A stretch of DNA of 39,250 nt, from the NCBI GenBank assembly GCA_028875175.1, contig JAPPFO010000090.1:876-40125 (forward strand), in the 5' to 3' direction. Below, one piece after another: positions 26,622 through 34,380 of the stretch; positions within the stretch are counted from its first letter, which is position 1, and every line of letters starts with the position of its first letter. Source of the DNA: Chloroflexota bacterium. Lineage in GTDB: Bacteria; Chloroflexota; UBA11872. Made by a program: the position numbers and the translations under genes. A model generated the notes under the pieces. The model did not search any database. It worked only from the letters and a program-made list of their open reading frames with translations, and was not told the origin of the DNA.

Positions 26622-27227
26622 CTACGTTCGCTCGCGGATGACGCGGGCGGGCATTCCACCCACGATCGCGTACGGCGGCACGTCGTCGGACACCACTGCG
26701 CGTACGGCCACGACCGCCCCGTCGCCGATCGTCACGCCGGGCAGCACCACAACGTCGCTGTAGAGCATGACGTCGTTGCCGATCGTTACCGGCGCGGTTT
26801 CAATTGGCGCGTCCAGGGCTGGCGTGTCGCGCTTATCGAGCAGGTGCCGATGGGTGTAGATGCTTGAGCGCCGACCAATATGCGACCGCTGGCCCACCCG
26901 GATCCCGCCCGTGCAGTCGAGGCGCGTTTCTGAGAGGACTTCCGTTCCCGCGCCGATCGTCAGTGCCGCATCCGGCGCGCGTCCGGGCTCCCAGCCGGCC
27001 CGCACGTCACGCTTGATGCGGACGCCGTCGCCCACGGTCAGCCGCAGGCCCGGCGGGTAATAGAAGCGTCCGTCCACCCGAACCCCTGGTCCGCAGGTCA
27101 CGCCCGTCGCACGCCGCAGCAGGGCCGCTCGGATCCGCCAGAGCAGCTGCTGGTATGACGGCAGCACGTGCAGGTCCGGCAGTTGACCGACGAGACGGGC
27201 GAGCTGACGGGACGGATCCAGGTTCAT
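26622..27227 (-). CDS. Hexapeptide-repeat (left-handed beta-helix) acetyltransferase
   Basis: ORF track 26622..27293. ATG 27227 overlaps the upstream stop (ATGA). IGNDVMLYSDVVVLPGVTIGDGAVVAVRAVVSDDVPPYAIVGGMPARVI. Confidence 0.85.
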   Translation of the reverse strand: MNLDPSRQLARLVGQLPDLHVLPSYQQLLWRIRAALLRRATGVTCGPGVRVDGRFYYPPGLRLTVGDGVRIKRDVRAGWEPGRAPDAALTIGAGTEVLSETRLDCTGGIRVGQRSHIGRRSSIYTHRHLLDKRDTPALDAPIETAPVTIGNDVMLYSDVVVLPGVTIGDGAVVAVRAVVSDDVPPYAIVGGMPARVIRERT

Positions 27228-28363
27228 AGCGACGCTTCCGTCTCGGCGACCGTTGGAAACTGCGGTCGCGCGCCCTTGCGCAGCGCGTTGCATGCCTCGG
27301 CCAGGTGCACTGCCAGACCGGGGGCGCCGTGCTCTTGCATCACCGAGGCGCGCAATCGTTCGACGACAGCCTGCCGTGAATCCACGCGCATACCCAGGAG
27401 CCGGCCCAATCCCACCGCCAGTTCGTCGCTGGAACTCTCAACCAGGAAATCACCCGAGTGCTCCCCGAGTACGCCGCGGTAGGCACGGTTATTGGTGATG
27501 AGCGGCGTGGCACAGGCCAACGCCTCCAGCCCCGTCTTGTCCAGCGCCGGTTGCGCGCGCCAGTTCACGAAGACATCCAGCGATCCATAGAACCCTGCCA
27601 TGGCGTCACCGGGTACAGCGCCCACGAACTCAACGGCGTTACGCACGCCTAGCGTATCGGCGAGCGACTTCAACTCGTCCACATAGGCCCGATCGGACGG
27701 ATAAAAGGGTTCACCCGCGATGCGCAGCCTGGCTTCCGGACACGCATCGCGGCGCAGCGCGGCCAGGGCTGTGATGCCGGGCTCGAACCCCTTGAGCGGC
27801 GTAAGGCGTCCCGCCATTCCGATCACCGGTCCCTGTTCCGGCTTGCGCTTATCCGGTGGTTGAAATCGTCCCGTATCGATCCCATGCCCCAGCACGTACG
27901 CCCGTTCGCTCGCGATCGGATAGCTGTCGAACGAAGCCGTAAGGGCAGCGTCGATCTTCCGGTTGGCCCGGCGCAGCATCGGCGTCAGGCCGTGACTGGC
28001 GTACCACAGCGCCAGCGGCGCGTTGGCGATTCGGGTCAGCGGCGCCAGCGCCACGGCGTAGGCCGGAACCATGTGAGCCAGAACCGCGTTCACACGGCGG
28101 CGCAGAACCAGCCGTGCGCAGACTGCACCAAACGCCATGGCCGCCAACGCCCGCGACCGCCCGTGTTCCCGGCCCAGCCCGGTCACGGAGACGTTTGATG
28201 GGAGATCAACCTCGCCAACCCGCGCGGCGACCACGTGCACGGCTTCCGCCTGTCGTGCCAGTTCGGCCGTCCAGGTATGCGCCACCGCGAGATTGGTGCT
28301 CGTGCGGTCGAGCTCCTGGGTTACGAACAGCAGGCGAAGGCCGCTGTCCGATGGCCTGCTCAC
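27224..28363 (-). CDS. GT4/GT1-like glycosyltransferase
   Basis: ORF track 27224..28363. LRLLFVTQELDRTSTNLAVAH, GRLTPLKGF, LDKTGLEALACATPLITNN. GTGA overlap with the upstream gene. Confidence 0.75.
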   Translation of the reverse strand: MSRPSDSGLRLLFVTQELDRTSTNLAVAHTWTAELARQAEAVHVVAARVGEVDLPSNVSVTGLGREHGRSRALAAMAFGAVCARLVLRRRVNAVLAHMVPAYAVALAPLTRIANAPLALWYASHGLTPMLRRANRKIDAALTASFDSYPIASERAYVLGHGIDTGRFQPPDKRKPEQGPVIGMAGRLTPLKGFEPGITALAALRRDACPEARLRIAGEPFYPSDRAYVDELKSLADTLGVRNAVEFVGAVPGDAMAGFYGSLDVFVNWRAQPALDKTGLEALACATPLITNNRAYRGVLGEHSGDFLVESSSDELAVGLGRLLGMRVDSRQAVVERLRASVMQEHGAPGLAVHLAEACNALRKGARPQFPTVAETEASL

Positions 28364-29490
28364 GTCGACCCGCGCTCGGCCAACCGGCGATAGGCGGCGG
28401 CATACGCGCCCAGCACCGCGGACTTCTCGAACTGAGCCGTGGCGGCCCGAGCGGCGCGGCCGGCCGCCCGTAGCGCGTCGGAATCGCTCAGCACAGCCCT
28501 TATCAGTTCCGCGCCAGCCGCGGCATCCCAGGGCAGCAACCAGCCGTTGGCCCCGTGGTCAATGGTCTCCGGCATCACGCCGACCGGCGTGGCGAAGACC
28601 GGCGTGGCACAAGCCATGGCTTCCAGGCACACACGCGGACCGCCTTCACTGAGCGACGGAGCAATGAGCGCCTGCATGCGACGGTAAAAATCGGCCAGAT
28701 CGGAGGGACTGTCGAGCCAGTCAATGAATGTGACGCGGTCCAGGATGCCGGTACGCGTCAGTCTGCGTCGCAGCGAGTTGTCTTCTGGCCCCTGGCCGGC
28801 AACGACGAACCGCGCCTGGGAATCCTGCGAAGCAAGGGCAGCGAAGACGTGCGCCACGTAGCCCAGGTTCTTGTTCGCGACCAGGCGTCCAACGAAGCCG
28901 AGAGCAAAGTCCCGAACAACTTCGCCCGGGGCGAATACCTCTCGGTCGATATAGGCCGAGGGCAGGATGAGCATCCGGTCGTGGGGAACACCCCAATCCG
29001 AGAGCAAGTCCGGCACTTCCCGCCGATTGACCACGCGAATGGCGGCCGCGCGGCGTGCGACGCGCGACACATACGCACGGTAGACCAGCTTCGCCAGCGG
29101 CTCCCACCACTGGGCCCGCTTCGGGTGCCCCGGCACGTGGTGGATTTCGCTAACAAAGGGCGTCGCGCAACGACGGGACAGCCACGCGGCCGCCCGACCG
29201 TTGGCGAAGATCCCGTAGTCGTGCGTGACGATCAGGCCGTGACCATGGCGTTGCAGCAGGTCGGCGCCACGGCGTCGCATCCAGGCCGACTGTCGCAGCC
29301 GCGACACGGGTGCCGGTTCCACGTACACGCCCGGAAACGGCTCTGCTTTGCGAGCGCCCGCAGCTCGCGGCGTCAGCACGTCGATTTGATCGAAGTCGGC
29401 CGCAAGGCCGCCCAGCGTGGTGTGAAACGGCCCCTGGCGACCCGTGGTGACATCTCGGTCACCGCTGAGCATCAGCAGCTTTGCGCTCAC
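28360..29490 (-). CDS. GT4-family glycosyltransferase
   Basis: ORF track 28360..29562. GTG 29490 gives a GTGA overlap with the upstream stop and the N-terminus (M)SAKLLMLSGD. APSLSEGGPRVCLEAMACATPVFATPVGVMPE. Confidence 0.8.
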   Translation of the reverse strand: MSAKLLMLSGDRDVTTGRQGPFHTTLGGLAADFDQIDVLTPRAAGARKAEPFPGVYVEPAPVSRLRQSAWMRRRGADLLQRHGHGLIVTHDYGIFANGRAAAWLSRRCATPFVSEIHHVPGHPKRAQWWEPLAKLVYRAYVSRVARRAAAIRVVNRREVPDLLSDWGVPHDRMLILPSAYIDREVFAPGEVVRDFALGFVGRLVANKNLGYVAHVFAALASQDSQARFVVAGQGPEDNSLRRRLTRTGILDRVTFIDWLDSPSDLADFYRRMQALIAPSLSEGGPRVCLEAMACATPVFATPVGVMPETIDHGANGWLLPWDAAAGAELIRAVLSDSDALRAAGRAARAATAQFEKSAVLGAYAAAYRRLAERGST

Positions 29491-30650
29491 GTAGCGGTGC
29501 GCGACGCGGAGCCGGTGACCTCGGAAAGGATCGTCATCGTTTCGTCGACTAGCCGGTCCCACGAAAAGTGATCCAGGCCCTCGGAACCCTCGCGGACGAG
29601 ACGCTGGGCAAGCTCGCGGTCGGTCAGGAGGCGGTTCACGGCGGCCACGAACGCGCGGTGATCGCCGAGCGGCGTTAGCAGCGCGTTGTGCTCGTGCGTG
29701 AGGATTTCACGGTTCCCCCCGATATCCGTCGTCACAATTGGCGTTCCAACCACGCGAGCTTCCACGAGCGTGTGCGAAAGCCCCTCATACGAGGTGTTCA
29801 GCACAAACACGTCGGCGGCGCGCAGATACATGCCAACATCGCGGTGCGGCACCCGGCCCACGAAGCGGACGCGGTCGCCCAGGCCCAGCACCGCGGCAAA
29901 GCGCTCCAGGGCCTGTTGCTCCGGCCCGTCGCCGACGATGGCCAGCACGGAGTCATTCGCAAAGTCCGGCACCATGCGGAGTAGGTCGTCAACCCGCTTC
30001 CAGCCGTAGAGCCGTGACACGGTGCAGACTAATGGCCCTTCAAAGCCAAGTTTCCGCTTAGCCTCCTCGCGCGAAACGTCGATCTCTGGGATCTCGGTCA
30101 GCGCGTTATGGACCACGCGGAGCTTCTCCGGCCTGGCGCCCCAGTTCCGCACGAACCCACCCACGTAGCCGCTGGGAACCACGACCACCGTGGCCAGCGC
30201 CGTATACATCCTCTGGATGAACTGGAACGCTCGAGTCCGCAGCCCGTGACGTGTGCGCTGAAACTCCTCGATGCCCAGCGCCGTCATGCCGCGACGGTGC
30301 GCCGACTCCCAGGCCCAGTCGCCCACGATTTTCAGCACCCGCGGACGACCCGCCAGCAGTGCCGCCAGCGTTGAGGGCGCCTCGATGCCGTTGATGTAGA
30401 CCACGTCGGACTGCAACGCGGCCCGCAAGGTATGCCACCACACCAGGGCGTAGCGCAGCGGCACGGGCGTGTCCCAGGAGACTCGCACAATAGGGAATGG
30501 CGGACGCACCAGGCCCTCGGGATCGTCCGGGCAGACCACCGCCCTGACGTCGTGGCCGCGGTTGTGCAAGGTCAACGCCAGGTTGTAGATGTGCGTTGCC
30601 GGTCCGCCCACGGTTGGCGGAAAGATGTTCGAGACAAAGGTAATGCGCAT
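29487..30650 (-). CDS. GT4-family glycosyltransferase
   Basis: ORF track 29487..30686. ATG 30650 gives MRITFVSNIFPPTVGGPATH. NTSYEGLSHTLVEARVVGTPIVTTDIGGNREI. Confidence 0.85.
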   Translation of the reverse strand: MRITFVSNIFPPTVGGPATHIYNLALTLHNRGHDVRAVVCPDDPEGLVRPPFPIVRVSWDTPVPLRYALVWWHTLRAALQSDVVYINGIEAPSTLAALLAGRPRVLKIVGDWAWESAHRRGMTALGIEEFQRTRHGLRTRAFQFIQRMYTALATVVVVPSGYVGGFVRNWGARPEKLRVVHNALTEIPEIDVSREEAKRKLGFEGPLVCTVSRLYGWKRVDDLLRMVPDFANDSVLAIVGDGPEQQALERFAAVLGLGDRVRFVGRVPHRDVGMYLRAADVFVLNTSYEGLSHTLVEARVVGTPIVTTDIGGNREILTHEHNALLTPLGDHRAFVAAVNRLLTDRELAQRLVREGSEGLDHFSWDRLVDETMTILSEVTGSASRTAT

Positions 30651-30710
30651 TGCTCGGACGCTAGCACCGGGCCACGGACGCGACAACGCCGCGAATTGCG
30701 CTCGCGTGAC

Positions 30711-30726
30711 GGCGGGGCGCCCCGCC
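30711..30726 (-). other. Perfect 16-bp GC palindrome (stem-loop) just downstream of the radical-SAM gene
   Basis: GGCGGGGCGCCCCGCC equals its own reverse complement. It lies 11 nt after stop 30738, inside the 87-nt gap that is the largest break in the minus-strand array. No U-tract. Confidence 0.4.
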
Positions 30727-30737
30727 CCACCTGCCGA

Positions 30738-31859
30738 TCAGTTGCCTGGCGACTCGGTCCCGTTGGTTATGTGCGAACCGTTGGTCCCGACCTGAAGGAC
30801 GGGCAGCGCATCCCCGGTCACCACGCCGCGAGCGCCGGCAAAGAGGTTCCAGGACGAACCGTCCTCCTGCCAGATGGCGTCGCATCCACGGCACAGCTTG
30901 TAGTCATCCAGCTTGCCGCGCACGTGCGCCTCGCGAATCGCGCGATACGCCGGGTTGTTCCAGATGTCCAGCAGCGACTCGTTGGCAAGGTCTCCCATGA
31001 TCTGGTCTTCGCCGAAGTCCGCGCAGCAGGAGGGGACCTTGCCGTCCCAGTAGATCGCCATGGACTTCCAGAGCCAGTTGCAGGGGTAGTAATTCGGGCC
31101 ATGCGGACGCGCGGTGTAGAAGTCGGACGAGTCCATCTGCCCGGCCCAGCCGTGCGCCCAGAACGTGTCCCACTCGTCCACGGGCAATCCGTCAAAGCGC
31201 TGCCGGAAGTGCTCCGGAATCACCGGTGCGGCGCCCTTGGGATAGCTCGAGTCCCAGAGCTGAATCACCTGCATCACGAAGTACGGTTTCGGGCCGGAAC
31301 GCTGCTTTCGCGATTCAAGGAGTCGAAGCACGCGCTCAAGCGTGCGGTCGAACTGCGCGCCCTTGCGCATGACTTCGTAGTGTTCGGGTTCGCCCGAGTC
31401 AAAGCTGATCGTCAGCTTGCTCGGCGCCGCGTCCAGCAACTGCTCAATCTTCTCGTCGCGCAGCAGGGTGGCGTTCGTGTTGATGTGGGCGGCAATCCCG
31501 GCCCGCTCGCAGACCTCGATCATCTCGTAGATGTCCTTGTGCATCAGCGACTCGCCGCGGAAGAACAGGTTGGCCTCCCGCACGAACGGCTTTGCCTCGT
31601 CGATGATCTTGCGGAACAGGCCCATGTCCATGAACGGCTTCTGCTTTTTGAGTTCGTCGGCGAGCACACTCTGCGGACACATGGGACAGCGCAGGTTGCA
31701 GGCGCTGGTCGGCTCGATGTGCAGCTTGAGCGGCCCATAGGGCAACTCGGTCGTGCCGCGCATCCAGTGGTAGGCAAAGCGACTGAGCGACGGCCGGAGG
31801 ATCGCGCGGTGCCGCCGGTACTTAACCAGCAGGTCTTTCGCCTGGCTGATCGAATTCAC
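30738..31859 (-). CDS. Radical SAM enzyme with C-terminal SPASM/twitch-like Cys-rich domain
   Basis: ORF track 30738..31859. CNLRCPMC (CX3CX2C, nt 31677-31700), FFRGESLMH, INTNATLL. C-terminal C-x12-G-x4-C (PCNWLWKSMAIYWDGKVPSCC) and CRGC. GTG start overlaps the stop of the Trm112-like gene (GTGA). Confidence 0.85.
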   Translation of the reverse strand: MNSISQAKDLLVKYRRHRAILRPSLSRFAYHWMRGTTELPYGPLKLHIEPTSACNLRCPMCPQSVLADELKKQKPFMDMGLFRKIIDEAKPFVREANLFFRGESLMHKDIYEMIEVCERAGIAAHINTNATLLRDEKIEQLLDAAPSKLTISFDSGEPEHYEVMRKGAQFDRTLERVLRLLESRKQRSGPKPYFVMQVIQLWDSSYPKGAAPVIPEHFRQRFDGLPVDEWDTFWAHGWAGQMDSSDFYTARPHGPNYYPCNWLWKSMAIYWDGKVPSCCADFGEDQIMGDLANESLLDIWNNPAYRAIREAHVRGKLDDYKLCRGCDAIWQEDGSSWNLFAGARGVVTGDALPVLQVGTNGSHITNGTESPGN

Positions 31860-32086
31860 GAGCTAACGGCTTCCTCGTGCCTCGGGGGAATCGCGTCTTC
31901 CCACAGCATGTTGGGAATCCCGTCCTCGACCCTGTATCGATAGCCGCAAACTGTACAGACGAGAAAGTCGCCCTTGATGCGCAGTACGCCGTCATCGCGC
32001 GGATGATCGTCGTTCACGCAGCGCAGGATCGCCAGGAAGTCGTCTGGAATGAGCGGCGGCGCGGACGTCGCGTCCGAATCAGCCAT
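31856..32086 (-). CDS. Trm112/YcaR-like (UPF0434) mini-protein, 76 aa
   Basis: ORF track 31856..32086. FLAILRCV...LVCTVCGYRYRVEDGIPNMLWEDA matches the Trm112-type zinc-ribbon-like pattern, with the first CxxC knuckle degenerate. AAGGGAG about 13 nt upstream of the ATG. Confidence 0.7.
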   Translation of the reverse strand: MADSDATSAPPLIPDDFLAILRCVNDDHPRDDGVLRIKGDFLVCTVCGYRYRVEDGIPNMLWEDAIPPRHEEAVSS

Positions 32087-32115
32087 TAGTGTCGCCTGCT
32101 CCCTTCTCTTGGAAG

Positions 32116-34374
32116 CTAGAGCATGAAATGTAGCGTGTCAAAGCTAATCAACAGCGCGGCAAACGCGCCAATCGCAGCAACGCGCACTGACCGCACACGG
32201 CGCCCAGATGGCCAGATGCGGCCGGTCAGACCAACCCAAGCCCCGAGCACGGCGAATTGAAGTACCAATAGCAGTCCGCCCACCCAAATAATAAGCATCG
32301 GGTAGGCAAGGAAACCCTCGACGAGGCTCAAGGACCAAAAGTCCAGTCCAAGCCCGTTTTCAGGATGCGACGGAACGGCCTCAATACCGAATCGTGACCA
32401 GGGCGTTCGGCTCAGGGCGTCGGCCAGCCAGTCAGTGCGGTCCGGTGCAAGGAGGTTCATGGCGTCCGCGCGCAGCAGCCAGGCGTGCGCCAGCAAGGGC
32501 GAAAACTGGTAGGCATAAAGGACTGCCGCGTAATCGCCTTCGGGCTGAATCGACGACCACGGCTGGTAGTCAGCACCGCCGTAGATTGCGCCCTTGAGCG
32601 TTACGGAGCCGGCGACTTGTTGCTGGAAGAGGTCCAGGTAGCCCGCGAAGTCCTTGGACACGCCCATGAACTGCACGCCGGCGCTAATCAGCACCGCACC
32701 GGCCAGGGCCGCGCCAGGCAGCCAGGTTCGCGCCCGCTCGACTACCCGTTCGAAAAGCGGCGCACCTACGATCACCAGCAGCGGCAACGCTGGCACCAGG
32801 TAGCGCGGTCCCCAGGCGTTACCGCCGTACCAGACCTGTTTGCGGCTGTAGAGCAACGCATACGCAACCGGAATCGCCAGGAATACGAGCGAACGCCAGC
32901 CATGGCGGCGCACAAACCAGGGCAGTGCGGGCAGCGAGACGAGAAGGATGGGGTTGTACCAGAGCACACCCTTGCCCCAGCTTGTGATCAGTCCGCCAAG
33001 CCCCAGGCCAAACGGCAGCTCCAGCCAGCCGCGCTGCAGGCCGCCGATAAGTTCGTGCACGTACAGGAAGCGGAAATCGAATAGCGTGGCCGCGGCCACC
33101 AGTGCCGGAACCAGCACGACCAGAAACGGGGCCAGGAACAGGAAGACCGGCCGCACCGATTGCCTCAGCGTTGTGCGCCAGGAACCGCCCGAATGTTCGC
33201 CCACGACCAGTCCCGCCACGAGAATGGGCACGGTTATGACGCTGACGTACTTGGTCAGCACCGCCGCGAACGCCGCCAGGCCGGCCAGGGCCACGAAGCG
33301 CAGCCGCCGGGTTGAGCCGTAGACGAGGGAAAGCCACACCGCCGCCAGAAGAAACGTCGTCACCAGCGGTTCGGAGAAGTCGAACTTCGCGTAGGGCCAG
33401 GCCATCGTGCCGACGGCGTAGATCAGCGCGCTGACGACGGCCACCCGCTCGCCGTATTGCAGCCGTCGCAGGATTCGAAAGACCAGCACCACACCAACGG
33501 CCGTAGCCAGCGCGTTGGCCGCCGCCACCCAGATGCGGCGGAAGAACTCGCGATTCTGGCGCTCCGACCAAACTCGTCCGACCCCCGGCCCATCAAGCCA
33601 CGTCCCATCGGGCGTACGCAGCGCCAGACCGTCCACGTAAAAGTTCCCGGTGGGCTGCAGGTAGCTGACTCGCGCCGATGCGAGTTCGCGCGGCGGATCG
33701 AATCGCCACGTCGATCCGTAGTAGTACGCGCGTGCATTGCCGATCTGGCGAGCCACCGGTGGCGGTTGCTCATGCTGAATCCGTGCGCGCACGTCGCCCC
33801 GGTCGTAGGCCCATTCGGCGGTCTCAATGCCGACGCGGATCGGGTGTTCAGTCGTGGTTCCGGCGGCATCGGTGAGATGAAGCCGCGCGATCTCCGTCCC
33901 CTGGGAGAACCCGGCGCTAAGTCCGCTGTGCGACAACAGGACCAGTCTGTCGTAGCTGCCGGGTTCGATTCCAAGCTCGATTTCGTCGGTCACCTCGGGC
34001 CCCCGCGATCCGCCCAGCGGGGGAAAGTTCACCAGCAACACGTCGTGCTCGCCCAACGGAATCCGGTCTCGCTGCGGAGCCGCCTCGGCTAAGGGCTCCG
34101 CGAATGCAACGAATGGCATGAACGCCGTGGGCAAGCCCACGCCCCAGCGGGTGAAATTTCGGTTTTGGTCGCGCAGATAGGCGTGGCCATGATCGACGAT
34201 GACGCTCTTCGCCATCTCGAACGCAAAGGTGCCGTCGGCGCTGTAGCCGCCGCCATTCCGTGCCGCTCCCATGCTCAGCGCGTACAGCGTGAAGGCAAAT
34301 GCAAACAGCAGAAAGGCGGGACGCGCCTGCGCCCAGCGCATCAGGCGCCGCGTGCGCGTCACGCGACGGCCCAC
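32116..34374 (-). CDS. Large polytopic GT-C-like (ArnT/PMT-type) membrane glycosyltransferase candidate with ~180-aa soluble insert
   Basis: ORF track 32116..34374. Basic N-terminus, TM1, loop YSADGTFAFEMAKS, TM2, soluble insert (nt ~33541-34089), then at least 10 TM helices to the C-terminus. Start GTG 34374 or ATG 34341. Confidence 0.6.
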   Translation of the reverse strand: MGRRVTRTRRLMRWAQARPAFLLFAFAFTLYALSMGAARNGGGYSADGTFAFEMAKSVIVDHGHAYLRDQNRNFTRWGVGLPTAFMPFVAFAEPLAEAAPQRDRIPLGEHDVLLVNFPPLGGSRGPEVTDEIELGIEPGSYDRLVLLSHSGLSAGFSQGTEIARLHLTDAAGTTTEHPIRVGIETAEWAYDRGDVRARIQHEQPPPVARQIGNARAYYYGSTWRFDPPRELASARVSYLQPTGNFYVDGLALRTPDGTWLDGPGVGRVWSERQNREFFRRIWVAAANALATAVGVVLVFRILRRLQYGERVAVVSALIYAVGTMAWPYAKFDFSEPLVTTFLLAAVWLSLVYGSTRRLRFVALAGLAAFAAVLTKYVSVITVPILVAGLVVGEHSGGSWRTTLRQSVRPVFLFLAPFLVVLVPALVAAATLFDFRFLYVHELIGGLQRGWLELPFGLGLGGLITSWGKGVLWYNPILLVSLPALPWFVRRHGWRSLVFLAIPVAYALLYSRKQVWYGGNAWGPRYLVPALPLLVIVGAPLFERVVERARTWLPGAALAGAVLISAGVQFMGVSKDFAGYLDLFQQQVAGSVTLKGAIYGGADYQPWSSIQPEGDYAAVLYAYQFSPLLAHAWLLRADAMNLLAPDRTDWLADALSRTPWSRFGIEAVPSHPENGLGLDFWSLSLVEGFLAYPMLIIWVGGLLLVLQFAVLGAWVGLTGRIWPSGRRVRSVRVAAIGAFAALLISFDTLHFML

Positions 34375-34380
34375 TGAAAG

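Noticed and set aside
30432-31943. 503-aa plus-strand ORF antisense to the GT4, radical-SAM and Trm112-like genes
   Set aside because: Same reasoning: it is antisense to three motif-bearing genes and has low-complexity basic composition. The same verdict applies to 37091..38131, 28555..29571, 13192..14154, 23877..24740, 3598..4305 and 6596..7177.
31856-32086. The 76-aa ORF as a RiPP precursor peptide for the adjacent radical-SAM/SPASM enzyme
   Set aside because: The sequence fits a folded Trm112/YcaR-type domain (LVC-x2-CG...DGIP-x-ML) rather than a leader plus Cys/Ser-rich core. No peptidase, exporter or RRE-like protein is nearby. The idea is kept only as an alternative in the corresponding finding.
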